Source: an uncultured Alphaproteobacteria bacterium (GTDB lineage Bacteria > Pseudomonadota > Alphaproteobacteria > Rhodobacterales > Rhodobacteraceae). From it: 64,000 bases of DNA. The translations under genes and the position numbers were made by a program. Location: assembly GCA_902537215.1 (NCBI GenBank), contig CACBAM010000001.1:121100-185099 (forward strand), read 5' to 3'. Below the pieces are notes generated by a model, which was not told the origin of the DNA, did no database searches, and saw nothing but the letters and a program-made list of their open reading frames with translations. This document shows positions 9,644 through 18,875 of this stretch, one piece after another; positions within the stretch are counted from its first letter, which is position 1; every line of letters starts with the position of its first letter.

Positions 9644-11179
9644 TTAGTCCTTTAGAAAAATTTCAGTTACGCCAATACCTGTTGCTTGATAAGCATCATA
9701 TATTTCATCAGCTCCGGAAATTTTTAGCGTCTCGGGATTGCCTTGGGATCGTGTTGGCACAATTATTTTTCCTTTGAAACCGTAGCGCCTTGCTTGCTGT
9801 GTAGACCAATTTTGGGCATGAAATTCTGGTAAGGCTAAGATAATGGCTTTTAATTTGCCAAATCTTAGCTTTGACCAAAACCCTGGATCTTCTGCATCAG
9901 CAAACGTAACCCTTTTCCCAAATTTTAACTGTTCCTTAACAAGATTAGTATCAGCATCAAAACCCACGACTTTCACATTTTTCGCTGACAAATTATCAAA
10001 AATCGCACTACCTACTCTTCCCATACCTAACACCATAACATCGGCTTCACCACATGTATGAGGTTGCTCATCTGGATGGTGTTGAGGTCTTTCAAAGTTA
10101 ACTAAATACTTCTCAATGGCCACAAAAATCTCATGCACTGAGTTATTCAAAATAGCACCTAGAGCAAAGCTAAAGCATATAGTGCATATTAGAATGGAAA
10201 ATGTTTCAGAATTTAAAAGGCCACTTTGTTCCCAAGAAGATATAAGTATCAATGAGAATTCTGAGTAAGTTGCTAACGAAATGACTATTAAAAAAGCTGT
10301 ATATGCTCTTAGCTTAAATACCAACAAAAGGCCAAATAAAATAATTGATTTAATAAAAATAAGGATTGTTATCAACAATGCACTTTGAATAATTTGTAAA
10401 TTTAGATCTAAGCTCATACCCAGCGAGAAGAAAAATGCTACTAATAAGATCTCTCTTATTGTCCATATTCTTTCCCCCAGCTGTTTTGCAGACTTATAGC
10501 TAGCCATTAACATACCTAGAGTAAGGGCGCCTATTTCTCCTGACAATCCAGCATATTTAAAAAGAGCAGAGCCTAATAGCAAAGCAAGTAAGATTGTAGC
10601 AATAAGCTCTAATTCCTCGCTAGGATTAAATTTCTCTAATAATATTTTTAGTATTGGAATTGATAAGGGTAACGCAAGAAGGTAAAGAGTTGAAGGTGTC
10701 CATGATGTGTCATTTGTAAGTAACAGCACTATAAGCGCTAAGATATCTTGAAAAATTAACAATGATATAGCCAGTCTGCCATGAAAAGTTGTTAGTTCAT
10801 TTCGATTTTCAAGAGCCTTTGAAGCTATAATTGTACTAGAAAAGGTAAAGGCCACACAGATGAGCAATTTAGTTTCTAGGCTTAAACCAAGATTGAGGAG
10901 TAGAAGAAAAATTAAAAAAACAGCAGAAGAGTGCATTAAGAATACCAAAAATAATGAGGTATTAAGAAGTGATGATGGTTTGATTTTCAGACCTATTGAG
11001 AATAGAAGAAGCTCTACACCAATCTCAGATGGTAAGTCTAATAATGTTTGTCCGCTTCCATCATAAAGTGAGAATAAGTAACCCGATAAAATAAATCCTA
11101 CTATTGTGGGGATATATATTAACCTACACAAATACCCAGCAAAAAGTGCACCCGCCATCCATAACAGTATCGTTTCCAA
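9644..11179 (-). CDS. CPA2 cation:proton antiporter with C-terminal RCK/TrkA-N domain (Kef-type K+ efflux)
   Basis: Polytopic N-terminal domain plus VMVLGMGRVGSAIFDNL NAD-binding-like fold. Confidence 0.8.
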   Translation of the reverse strand: METILLWMAGALFAGYLCRLIYIPTIVGFILSGYLFSLYDGSGQTLLDLPSEIGVELLLFSIGLKIKPSSLLNTSLFLVFLMHSSAVFLIFLLLLNLGLSLETKLLICVAFTFSSTIIASKALENRNELTTFHGRLAISLLIFQDILALIVLLLTNDTSWTPSTLYLLALPLSIPILKILLEKFNPSEELELIATILLALLLGSALFKYAGLSGEIGALTLGMLMASYKSAKQLGERIWTIREILLVAFFFSLGMSLDLNLQIIQSALLITILIFIKSIILFGLLLVFKLRAYTAFLIVISLATYSEFSLILISSWEQSGLLNSETFSILICTICFSFALGAILNNSVHEIFVAIEKYLVNFERPQHHPDEQPHTCGEADVMVLGMGRVGSAIFDNLSAKNVKVVGFDADTNLVKEQLKFGKRVTFADAEDPGFWSKLRFGKLKAIILALPEFHAQNWSTQQARRYGFKGKIIVPTRSQGNPETLKISGADEIYDAYQATGIGVTEIFLKD

Positions 11180-11267
11180 GTCTCATCCCTCTATTATTAT
11201 CTTAAGAGTAGTTTTAAAAGATATTCAGTCAAATTTGGTTCCTTGTATCATTTTGGTAATGTTCTTT

Positions 11268-12182
11268 TCACAATGATTTTTCGTTTTTGTGGCTCTTTAG
11301 CTTCAGGATGCCAGATGCCAAAAATACACCGATGGCTACCAGGAAAATGCCTACCATCTTAATTACTGGCACGGTCTCATTTAAAAACATAATTCCTCCC
11401 AGCATTGCAAGTATTGGCGTTAACGCACCAAAGGCTCCCATCTCCGATGCTCCTATTAATCGAACCCCGTAATTGAAAAGAATGGTAGCTAAAATACCAA
11501 TTATTAAACTTTGTATGACTATGGTCATGCCTATATCCAATGCAGATACATTGTTGAAGTTTACTCTTCCTGTGAGAAGTAGTATGGGAATTATAAATAG
11601 AGTGCCCCAAAACAAACCTATCAAAAGACCGTGAAGAGGGGTAAGCCCACTTTGCCGAAAAATAACTGAATAGACAGCAAATAACCCAGATCCAATAAGA
11701 AAAAGAATATGGCCCCTCCAAACTCCTTCGTCAGAATCAAATAAAATTTGCCATAAACCAACTAATAGCGCCCCAATAAGTATAACAAACAAGCCAGCTC
11801 GACGTATTTGGTCTAATTTTTCACCTAAAATCAAAAAGGCAGCTAATGCAGTCCAGAAAGGTAGCATGCCGGGAGCAAGCACACCACCGTCGGACGCTGG
11901 TGCAAACGATAGTCCACTTGAAACAATGTATGGGAAAATAGCACTAGAACCAATCATCAACATTCCAGCTTTTATCCAAGACAGACCTCTGGGGATCAAA
12001 TCATATTTGATCATAAAAGGCGCCATGATCAAGGTACTCGGTACTAGTCTTAAAAATAGAACCTCCTCGACAGTAAAGTTAGTGCTTACAGAAAATCTAG
12101 TAGCAACTATGAAAACAGCCCAAATAGAAACTGTCAATAAAGCAACGATAAACCCTAAATGTCGACGATCTAAATTAAGCAT
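11268..12182 (-). CDS. EamA/DMT family transporter
   Basis: 10-TM profile with duplicated EamA-like halves. 304 aa. Confidence 0.7.
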   Translation of the reverse strand: MLNLDRRHLGFIVALLTVSIWAVFIVATRFSVSTNFTVEEVLFLRLVPSTLIMAPFMIKYDLIPRGLSWIKAGMLMIGSSAIFPYIVSSGLSFAPASDGGVLAPGMLPFWTALAAFLILGEKLDQIRRAGLFVILIGALLVGLWQILFDSDEGVWRGHILFLIGSGLFAVYSVIFRQSGLTPLHGLLIGLFWGTLFIIPILLLTGRVNFNNVSALDIGMTIVIQSLIIGILATILFNYGVRLIGASEMGAFGALTPILAMLGGIMFLNETVPVIKMVGIFLVAIGVFLASGILKLKSHKNEKSL

Positions 12183-12297
12183 GAGTTATTTCTATATATA
12201 TTCAATGAACTTTCTAGGTTTATTTCAAAAATTAGTTGTACTCTGATGGTTAAAGGCTACATACTCGGAGGTATTTTTAGGTTTAGAAAGGTGCTAA

Positions 12298-12714
12298 ATG
12301 AATATAAATGGGACATGTCTATGTGGACAAATTCAGTTTGAGGCGAATGTTGACCCCGAAACAACAACAATCTGTCATTGTACGGATTGTCAAATAAATT
12401 CTGGCACTGCATTTGGTTATGTCGTTGGTGCTGTTAATGATAGCTTCAATCTCTTAAAAGGAGAATTGAGCTTTTATATTAAATTAGCAGATAGTGGTGC
12501 AAAACGTGAGTTGGCATTTTGTGGAAAGTGTGGAACAAGAATTTATGCTAAACCTGAAAATGGAAAGTCAGGTTTTTTTGGGTTGAGAGTTGGGACGATT
12601 AGACAAAGGAAGAGCCTTCATCCTAAGAGGCAAGCGTGGAAAAAATCTTGCTTGGACTGGGTACAAGGAATCAAAACGGATCAGACATTTGAGACACAGC
12701 CAAAACTAAACTAA
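12298..12714 (+). CDS. GFA (glutathione-dependent formaldehyde-activating / CENP-V) family protein
   Basis: Cys motifs GTCLCGQ, CHCTDCQ and CGKCGT. Confidence 0.75.
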   Translation: MNINGTCLCGQIQFEANVDPETTTICHCTDCQINSGTAFGYVVGAVNDSFNLLKGELSFYIKLADSGAKRELAFCGKCGTRIYAKPENGKSGFFGLRVGTIRQRKSLHPKRQAWKKSCLDWVQGIKTDQTFETQPKLN

Positions 12715-12747
12715 AATAAATTTTATTGAGAGTATTGAGGTTGAATA

Positions 12748-13038
12748 ATGAAAAAAGGCTATCTTATTGGACAAATAACAATTACAGATCCAAAAAAATA
12801 TCAACAATACGCTTCCGAAACAGAAAACATAATAAAAAGTTTTGGGGGTAGGTACCTAATAAGAGGTGGCGATCAAATTATTGCTGAAGGAACTCCACAG
12901 GGTAATCGTGATGTAGTAGTTGAATTTGATACTTTAGAAAAAGCAAGGCAATTCTATGAGTCAGAAGAGTACACAAAAATAATTGATATTCGCAAAGAAA
13001 ACTCAAAAGGATATATTCTTATGGTAGAGGGTTATTAA
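12748..13038 (+). CDS. DUF1330 domain protein
   Basis: 96 aa. KGYLIGQITITDPKKYQQY ... GGRYLIRGG ... VVEFDTLEKARQFYESEEY matches the typical DUF1330 pattern. Confidence 0.7.
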   Translation: MKKGYLIGQITITDPKKYQQYASETENIIKSFGGRYLIRGGDQIIAEGTPQGNRDVVVEFDTLEKARQFYESEEYTKIIDIRKENSKGYILMVEGY

Positions 13039-13110
13039 TTTTAAATATGTTGCTAAATATTTTTTAATAGTCCATCAGTTGGACTTATTTTCCGTTTTAT
13101 AGCAACAATT

Positions 13111-13962
13111 ATGACCACTTCATCAAAAAAAGGAATTATCACTCTGATTATAGCAACATTCTTTCTAGCATTGATGGATGGTATGTCACGGTATATGGCC
13201 GAGCTTTATGATGTATTGAACATCAATATGTTCCGATTTTGGGTAATTGGAAGTTTTGTGATTTTAGTCAGCTTAAGAGGCCGGGGTGTTTTACGCTCAA
13301 TTTTAAAGACAAAGCAACCAGTTGCCCAGATTTTTAGGGGCCTTTTATTTATTTCGTCTTTATTGATGGCTATCTATTCATATACTCAAGTTGGATTAAT
13401 TGTTACACACGCACTAATGGCAGTTTTTCCTCTCCTAACGGTGCTGTTGTCTGGGCTGTTTTTAGAAGAGAAAATTACAAGAATAAAAATAGTAGCAGTC
13501 GGGGTTGGATTTTTAGGTGTAACTATTATTATTAATCCAATAAATCTTGAATTCTCGTTAGTATCTGCCTTACCCTTGATTTCTGCAGTTACCTTTGCAA
13601 TTTATGCAGTACTTACAAGAAAGGTAGCTTCTACAGATAATACTGAAACCAGTTTTTTTTGGGTGTCTCTAGTTTCCGCAATTGCGATCACAATACCCAG
13701 CCCTCTATTTTATAGGCCGATACAATTATCTGATCTACACTTTCTAATTTTGTTGTGTACGTTTAGCCTAGTAGGCCACTTTTTGCTTACCAACGCCTAT
13801 CGCCATGCAGAGGCTAGTGTATTGCAACCATTTTCATATTTTCATCTTTTCTTTGCATCTATAGTAGGAATTATATTTTTTCATGACCCTTTGTCGATTT
13901 CAACCGTTGCTGGGGGTAGCCTAATTGTTTTTGGTGGAATTTTGATTTCCAGAAAAAGTTAA
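13111..13962 (+). CDS. EamA/DMT family transporter
   Basis: 10-TM profile. 283 aa. Confidence 0.7.
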   Translation: MTTSSKKGIITLIIATFFLALMDGMSRYMAELYDVLNINMFRFWVIGSFVILVSLRGRGVLRSILKTKQPVAQIFRGLLFISSLLMAIYSYTQVGLIVTHALMAVFPLLTVLLSGLFLEEKITRIKIVAVGVGFLGVTIIINPINLEFSLVSALPLISAVTFAIYAVLTRKVASTDNTETSFFWVSLVSAIAITIPSPLFYRPIQLSDLHFLILLCTFSLVGHFLLTNAYRHAEASVLQPFSYFHLFFASIVGIIFFHDPLSISTVAGGSLIVFGGILISRKS

Positions 13963-14074
13963 ATTTGAATTGGGAAATATCTTCAAGGATTTTTAGTTTG
14001 TTTTAAATTAATGTATCTTGAGAAAATGGAATGTAATTTAAGCCTGGAAAAATAATTAAAAAAAAATTAAAGAT

Positions 14075-15028
14075 ATGAAGATTGTTATGTGGGACTACAA
14101 AGATACAGAACTACCCTTCAATACAACCGATCGTTCATCTCATATGAAAGAGATGGGTGGTGAGGGCTGGGAGTTAGTTTCCGTTTCCCAAAATCCTGAA
14201 AGGAGATGCCACGTATTCTTTTGGAAGCGCTCTCAAAATCGTGATATTAAAAATGGAAAAGATTTGTTGCAACCTGCCGATAATAAATCAGAGGATCAAA
14301 ATGTCCTATTAGGGGCAGGAAAGGGTCATAACAGCGACCCTATTTCTCCCGTTACCTATAAATCTAATCGAGAGATATCTGAGCATGAATATAAAAAATT
14401 TCCGGATCCACAAGTAGTTATGATTGTTAAGTATCGACCAAAGGACGGATGTTTTGATCAGTTCAGAAATGAACTTTACAGTAGGGAATACCCAAATGTT
14501 ATTACGCGGCACATGGGCTTCAATAAAAAAAACGAATTTGTTTGTGTAAGTTTTATGGAGAGTATTGATGCTGCTCTCGATTTAGAAGGCGTCGGCACCA
14601 GCTGGCTGGACTCTGTAGATCACCTTCTAATTAAATACCCAAATGGAAGTCGTACCGAATCTTTTTCGGGACCTGTTTGGGGATGGTTCCCAAACTATGA
14701 AAACTTGAAACGTTTTGGTGCCAAGGCAAAAGCGTTTACAATATTAGTGGTAAAGATGAAAGATAGTTTTATTCAAGAAGTGAAAGATATTGTCCTTCAA
14801 CCGTCAATATTACCAAGAAACCTTTTTTCCTGTGTTGCACAGTATAAAGATACCGATAACACATATATTTATATAGGGATGGATACTGAAGAAAACAAAC
14901 AAGACGCCAACACATACTATTCGAGCGGTTGCAGTAGACCCATTACTTCTTTAATTGTCCCTGAAATGTCTTTGGAATTTTTTAGTGACGCTGAGGATTT
15001 TGTTTGGGTAAATTCTAAGTATTTTTAA
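14075..15028 (+). CDS. hypothetical protein (N-terminal DUF4177-like segment)
   Basis: 317 aa. The GGEGWELVSV segment resembles DUF4177. The rest is unrecognised. Confidence 0.4.
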   Translation: MKIVMWDYKDTELPFNTTDRSSHMKEMGGEGWELVSVSQNPERRCHVFFWKRSQNRDIKNGKDLLQPADNKSEDQNVLLGAGKGHNSDPISPVTYKSNREISEHEYKKFPDPQVVMIVKYRPKDGCFDQFRNELYSREYPNVITRHMGFNKKNEFVCVSFMESIDAALDLEGVGTSWLDSVDHLLIKYPNGSRTESFSGPVWGWFPNYENLKRFGAKAKAFTILVVKMKDSFIQEVKDIVLQPSILPRNLFSCVAQYKDTDNTYIYIGMDTEENKQDANTYYSSGCSRPITSLIVPEMSLEFFSDAEDFVWVNSKYF

Positions 15029-15438
15029 CTGAAAAAGTTCTCTTTTAAATTCTAACTCATATTGATTATTTCCATTATCTATTAAAAATGAGTTTTTAAT
15101 TATTTAGACTTAATTAATTAATTTACGCAGAAGAATTTTTTTATTTCTTTTTTTTAAAAATTTTGTATACAAGCGTTTACGCACGAGTCTCTAACCCCTG
15201 ATAAAATTCAGATAATGGTTATGCAACGGCGTAAATGTTTTTAATTCGGGGCGGGCTTTGTTCGATGTTTGCTGCATAAAGTCCCATCCGCCTAGATTTG
15301 AGAGGGTTTGCGTTATTAAATAACGTTGTATGCCATAGCTGCTAATATTGCTATTGGAGCATTTGACGTTTTAGCCTTTTATCGCAAGCTTTTTCTTTTT
15401 ATTACGTTGGCTCATGCCAATCATTAAAGGAGAAAGAA

Positions 15439-15891
15439 ATGACGACACAAAATGAAACTAATTCGGCGCAAGTACCATGGGGTCAGCATTTAGTATTAGA
15501 CTTCAAAGATTGTCCCAAAGAGTTACTAGCAGATAAAGAAAATATACTAGATTGGAGTAAAGAGCTAGTACAGGCTATTGACATGATAGCTTACGGCGAA
15601 CCAATAATCGAGCATTTTGCCACGCATTCCCATGAGGCTGCAGGCTACACTTTACTTCAGATGATTGAAACTTCCAATATTGCCGCACATTTTGCTGAAA
15701 ATATCGGACAGGTGTATATTGATGTTTTCTCTTGTAAAGCATTTGACGTCGAAGTAGCGCTTGGAATTTGTAAAAAATATTTTAAGCCTACTCTAGCCAA
15801 TATGCATAAGTTGGACAGGGGGTTTCACAAGGCAAATCACGATACTGTAAGAAACTTTATGGAGGAGGAGCGAAATGAGCACGCGGCGTAA
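15439..15891 (+). CDS. divergent pyruvoyl S-adenosylmethionine-decarboxylase-fold paralogue (possible amino-acid decarboxylase)
   Basis: Aligns with the downstream SpeH: GQHLVLDF vs GRHILADF, IETSNIAAHFAEN vs LSESHISIHTWPE, DVFSCK vs DIFMCG. Good RBS (AAAGGAG) upstream. Confidence 0.6.
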   Translation: MTTQNETNSAQVPWGQHLVLDFKDCPKELLADKENILDWSKELVQAIDMIAYGEPIIEHFATHSHEAAGYTLLQMIETSNIAAHFAENIGQVYIDVFSCKAFDVEVALGICKKYFKPTLANMHKLDRGFHKANHDTVRNFMEEERNEHAA

Positions 15892-16786
15892 TTTCATAGA
15901 AGATGTTGAAAGCATTTATAACCTTAAAGGGAGTAAGGCGTTTCAGGGTTTTGAAATCAATAGAACCTTATTTGAAGGAAAGAGCGAATATCAAGATATT
16001 GCAATTTATGAGAACGATACACTTGGTCGTGTGCTAGCCATTGATGGTATTATTCAGATCACAGAGTGTGATGAATTTGTTTATCAAGAGATGATGACGC
16101 ATGTACCCCTTTTTTCGCATGAAAAACCAGAGCATGTTCTTATTATTGGCGGTGGTGATGGTGGGATTTTACGCGAAGTTCTTCGCCATAAAGGGATAAA
16201 GAGAGTTGTCATGGCAGAAATTGATCAGATGGTGATTGATGCCTGTGTTGAGTATATACCTAGCGTTAACAATGGAGGTAAAGTTTACCAAGATACCAGA
16301 GTGCAACTGATTGTTGGTGATGCTTTTGTGTATGTGAAAGAAACAGATTTAAAGTTCGATGCGGTTATAATTGACTCAACTGATCCTATAGGTCCTGGGG
16401 AGAAATTATTCAGCCATGAATTTTATAAAAACTTAGTTAAAATTCTTAAGGAAAATGCTGTGGTTTCGACCCAAGGAGGTATCCCTCAATTCCAGCCAGG
16501 TGAGGTTGGAGGCACTTTATCTTGCCTAAAGGAGGCAGGATTATGCGCTAGTTGTTATATTGCAGCGATCCCAACGTATTATGGCGGATACATGACACTA
16601 GGTTTTGGAGTTCTCAATTCTACTTGGTCACTACCCCTTTTAGAAACACTAAACAAACGTTTTAAAAGAGCATGTTTTAAAACTAGACATTACAGTCCAG
16701 AAATGCACTTGGCATCTTTTGTTCTTCCTCCATGGATCCGAGATGACATTAATAAAAGACCCAAGAAAGAAGAAGAGGCAGCATAA
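15875..16786 (+). CDS. speE: spermidine synthase (aminopropyltransferase)
   Basis: LIIGGGDGGILREVLRH, AEIDQMVID, DAVIIDSTDPIGPGEKLF. Confidence 0.9.
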   Translation: MSTRRNFIEDVESIYNLKGSKAFQGFEINRTLFEGKSEYQDIAIYENDTLGRVLAIDGIIQITECDEFVYQEMMTHVPLFSHEKPEHVLIIGGGDGGILREVLRHKGIKRVVMAEIDQMVIDACVEYIPSVNNGGKVYQDTRVQLIVGDAFVYVKETDLKFDAVIIDSTDPIGPGEKLFSHEFYKNLVKILKENAVVSTQGGIPQFQPGEVGGTLSCLKEAGLCASCYIAAIPTYYGGYMTLGFGVLNSTWSLPLLETLNKRFKRACFKTRHYSPEMHLASFVLPPWIRDDINKRPKKEEEAA

Positions 16787-16787
16787 A

Positions 16788-17201
16788 ATGAACCATCTCG
16801 ATAGCGATTATTTCGTAACATGTTCAAAAACCGGTGATCAATTTGCAGGAAGGCACATACTTGCTGATTTTTGGGATGTGGAACGAATGGGTGACTTAGA
16901 TTTTATAAAAGAAACAATAGAAGAAAGTGCTCGCAAGGCTGGCGCGATAATTCTGCATTCTTACTATCATCCTTTTGGTGAAGGTATGGGCGTAAGCGGT
17001 GTAACAGTTTTATCTGAAAGTCACATAAGTATACATACTTGGCCTGAACGTAATTTTGCTTCACTTGATATTTTCATGTGTGGGAATTGTGATCCGCGGA
17101 ATGCATTGGACTATTTACAAGAGATATTGAACCCATCTTCAGTCGATCAAAGCCTGAACCACAGAGGAGTGATTCCTGCAGTTGCGCGAATGTACAAGTG
17201 A
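16788..17201 (+). CDS. speH: S-adenosylmethionine decarboxylase proenzyme, class 1 (SpeH type)
   Basis: Canonical self-processing motif VLSESHISIHTWPE and DIFMCG. ATG at 16788 lies 2 nt after the speE stop and is preferred over the in-speE start at 16719. Confidence 0.85.
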   Translation: MNHLDSDYFVTCSKTGDQFAGRHILADFWDVERMGDLDFIKETIEESARKAGAIILHSYYHPFGEGMGVSGVTVLSESHISIHTWPERNFASLDIFMCGNCDPRNALDYLQEILNPSSVDQSLNHRGVIPAVARMYK

Positions 17202-17267
17202 AATTTTAAAAACGGAATAGTCCAAGGTAATTATATTCTAGAGCATCACCAAGCAATTGGGGACAAA

Positions 17268-17424
17268 TGGCTGGGACGGCAGGTTTCGAACCTACGGTGC
17301 ATTTGATCAAAACGCGTGGATAATGTTATGAGGAGTTATAAGGTTTCTAATAACCCTTTAAAATCATCCTTTTACTGTGATGCCTACTCTGAGTTAATAG
17401 GAGAGTTATGAAAAATGTTGTCAA
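17268..17424 (-). repeat. unit U1: strongly diverged tRNA-Gln 3'-half copy plus arm (outermost)
   Basis: TGGCTGGGACGGCAGGTTTCGAACCTACGGTGCATTTGATCAAAACGCG, followed by an arm with GTTATGAGGAGTTATAAGG ... CCCTTTAAAAT ... TGTTGTCAA. Confidence 0.75.
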
Positions 17425-17474
17425 AAAATTAACTAAAAAGAAATAAGTGTATTCATTTTTGCTTTATTACTTTA

Positions 17475-18860
17475 TTACTTTGTAATTATTGATGTTTCCA
17501 ATGCGTCGATGTAGTGAGTCCTCCAAATATTAATATTAAAAGAATGTAATTGATCAAAAGCATTGAGCCATCTCCTCAAGCGTTCCTTTTTAGGCATTTT
17601 TAGAGCATAATTCAATGCATTTGCTACTCCCTCCGGATCATGAGGGTTCACAATTAATGCGTCTGGTAATTCTTCTGCTGCGCCTGCAAATCTTGATAAA
17701 ATTAGCACTCCTGGATCACTCGCGCTCTGAGCTGCTATATATTCCTTTGCCACCAAATTCATTCCATCTCTTAGTGGTGTTACAAGTCCAATTCTGCTAT
17801 TTCTAAAAAATCCCATAAGACTTTTTTGCTGGAATCCTTTGTTGAGATACCTTATTGGCGTCCAATCAAAGTCACCATACGCACTATTTATTTTTCCAGC
17901 ACTAAGCTCTAATTTTTTTCTTATTTCTTTATATTGAAAAACAGAACCTCTTGAGGTAGGGGCTATTTGAAGCAAAGTTGTTGATCTGATGTGTTCACTA
18001 TGATTTTTTAGAAGATGGTTATACGCTGCGAATCTAAGCTCAAGTCCCTTCGAATAGTCTAGCCTATCGACGCCAATAATTAGTTTGTCCGTTTTAATAC
18101 TTTTTAGCAGTCTTTTCACCTGAGGAGAGTTATCAGTCTCTTCTGATATTCTTGTAACTTTGTTCGTATCTATAGATATTGGAAAATGTTTTACCTTAGA
18201 CTTTTTACCTAAAGCAAATATTGATCCATCTGGTTCAACTGATCCTCCTAACTCACTGATGATATAATCTAAAAAGGTAAGTACATGTTTCTTAGTTTGA
18301 AAGCCTATCAAGTCAAACTCTAAGAGTGCATCAACAAGTTCTCGATGATCAGGTAATGCAGTCAAAATTTCTTTTGATGGCCATGGTATATGTAAAAAGA
18401 AGCCTATTTTTTGTGTACATTTTAGCTTTCTCAACTCTCTAGCCATCAATAAAAAATGATAATCATGAACCCATATTAAATCTTCATTATTGAGAAGTTT
18501 TTTGATCTTTAAGGAAAATGACTCGTTAACGCTCTTATAACTCTCAAACTTTAATTTGGAATAATCTACTAAGTCCAATCTGTAGTGAAAAATAGGCCAC
18601 AGTACTTCGTTACAATATCCATTATAGTAATTTTCGTAATCTTTTTTGGTTAAATCAACAATGGCATAAGTTATTCCTTCATCCTTTTTTACATTTAGTT
18701 TGACGTCTTCATTTGTAGTAACTCTTCCACTCCAACCAAACCAAAGACCGCTTGTCTCCTGCAACGTATCATATAATGCAACTGCAAGTCCGCCAGCTGC
18801 CTCAGGTTTCTTTTCGTTGGGAAGCATGACCCTATTAGAAATAACGACTACTCTACTCAT
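17475..18860 (-). CDS. otsA: alpha,alpha-trehalose-phosphate synthase (GT20)
   Basis: VVISNRV, GGLAVAL, LWFGWSG, VHDYHFLL. 461 aa. Confidence 0.9.
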   Translation of the reverse strand: MSRVVVISNRVMLPNEKKPEAAGGLAVALYDTLQETSGLWFGWSGRVTTNEDVKLNVKKDEGITYAIVDLTKKDYENYYNGYCNEVLWPIFHYRLDLVDYSKLKFESYKSVNESFSLKIKKLLNNEDLIWVHDYHFLLMARELRKLKCTQKIGFFLHIPWPSKEILTALPDHRELVDALLEFDLIGFQTKKHVLTFLDYIISELGGSVEPDGSIFALGKKSKVKHFPISIDTNKVTRISEETDNSPQVKRLLKSIKTDKLIIGVDRLDYSKGLELRFAAYNHLLKNHSEHIRSTTLLQIAPTSRGSVFQYKEIRKKLELSAGKINSAYGDFDWTPIRYLNKGFQQKSLMGFFRNSRIGLVTPLRDGMNLVAKEYIAAQSASDPGVLILSRFAGAAEELPDALIVNPHDPEGVANALNYALKMPKKERLRRWLNAFDQLHSFNINIWRTHYIDALETSIITK

Positions 18861-18875
18861 AACTCTGCATTTTAT

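Noticed and set aside
15160-15438. Naming the speE-operon leader as a SAM-II, SAM-V or other known riboswitch
   Set aside because: I could not align the characteristic pseudoknot or triplex motifs by eye. It is kept only as an unclassified structured-leader candidate that needs cmscan.
16719-16787. Upstream start for speH overlapping speE (MFFLHGSEM...)
   Set aside because: The ATG at 16788 lies 2 nt after the speE stop and gives the conserved SpeH N-terminus. The extension is translated out-of-frame speE sequence.
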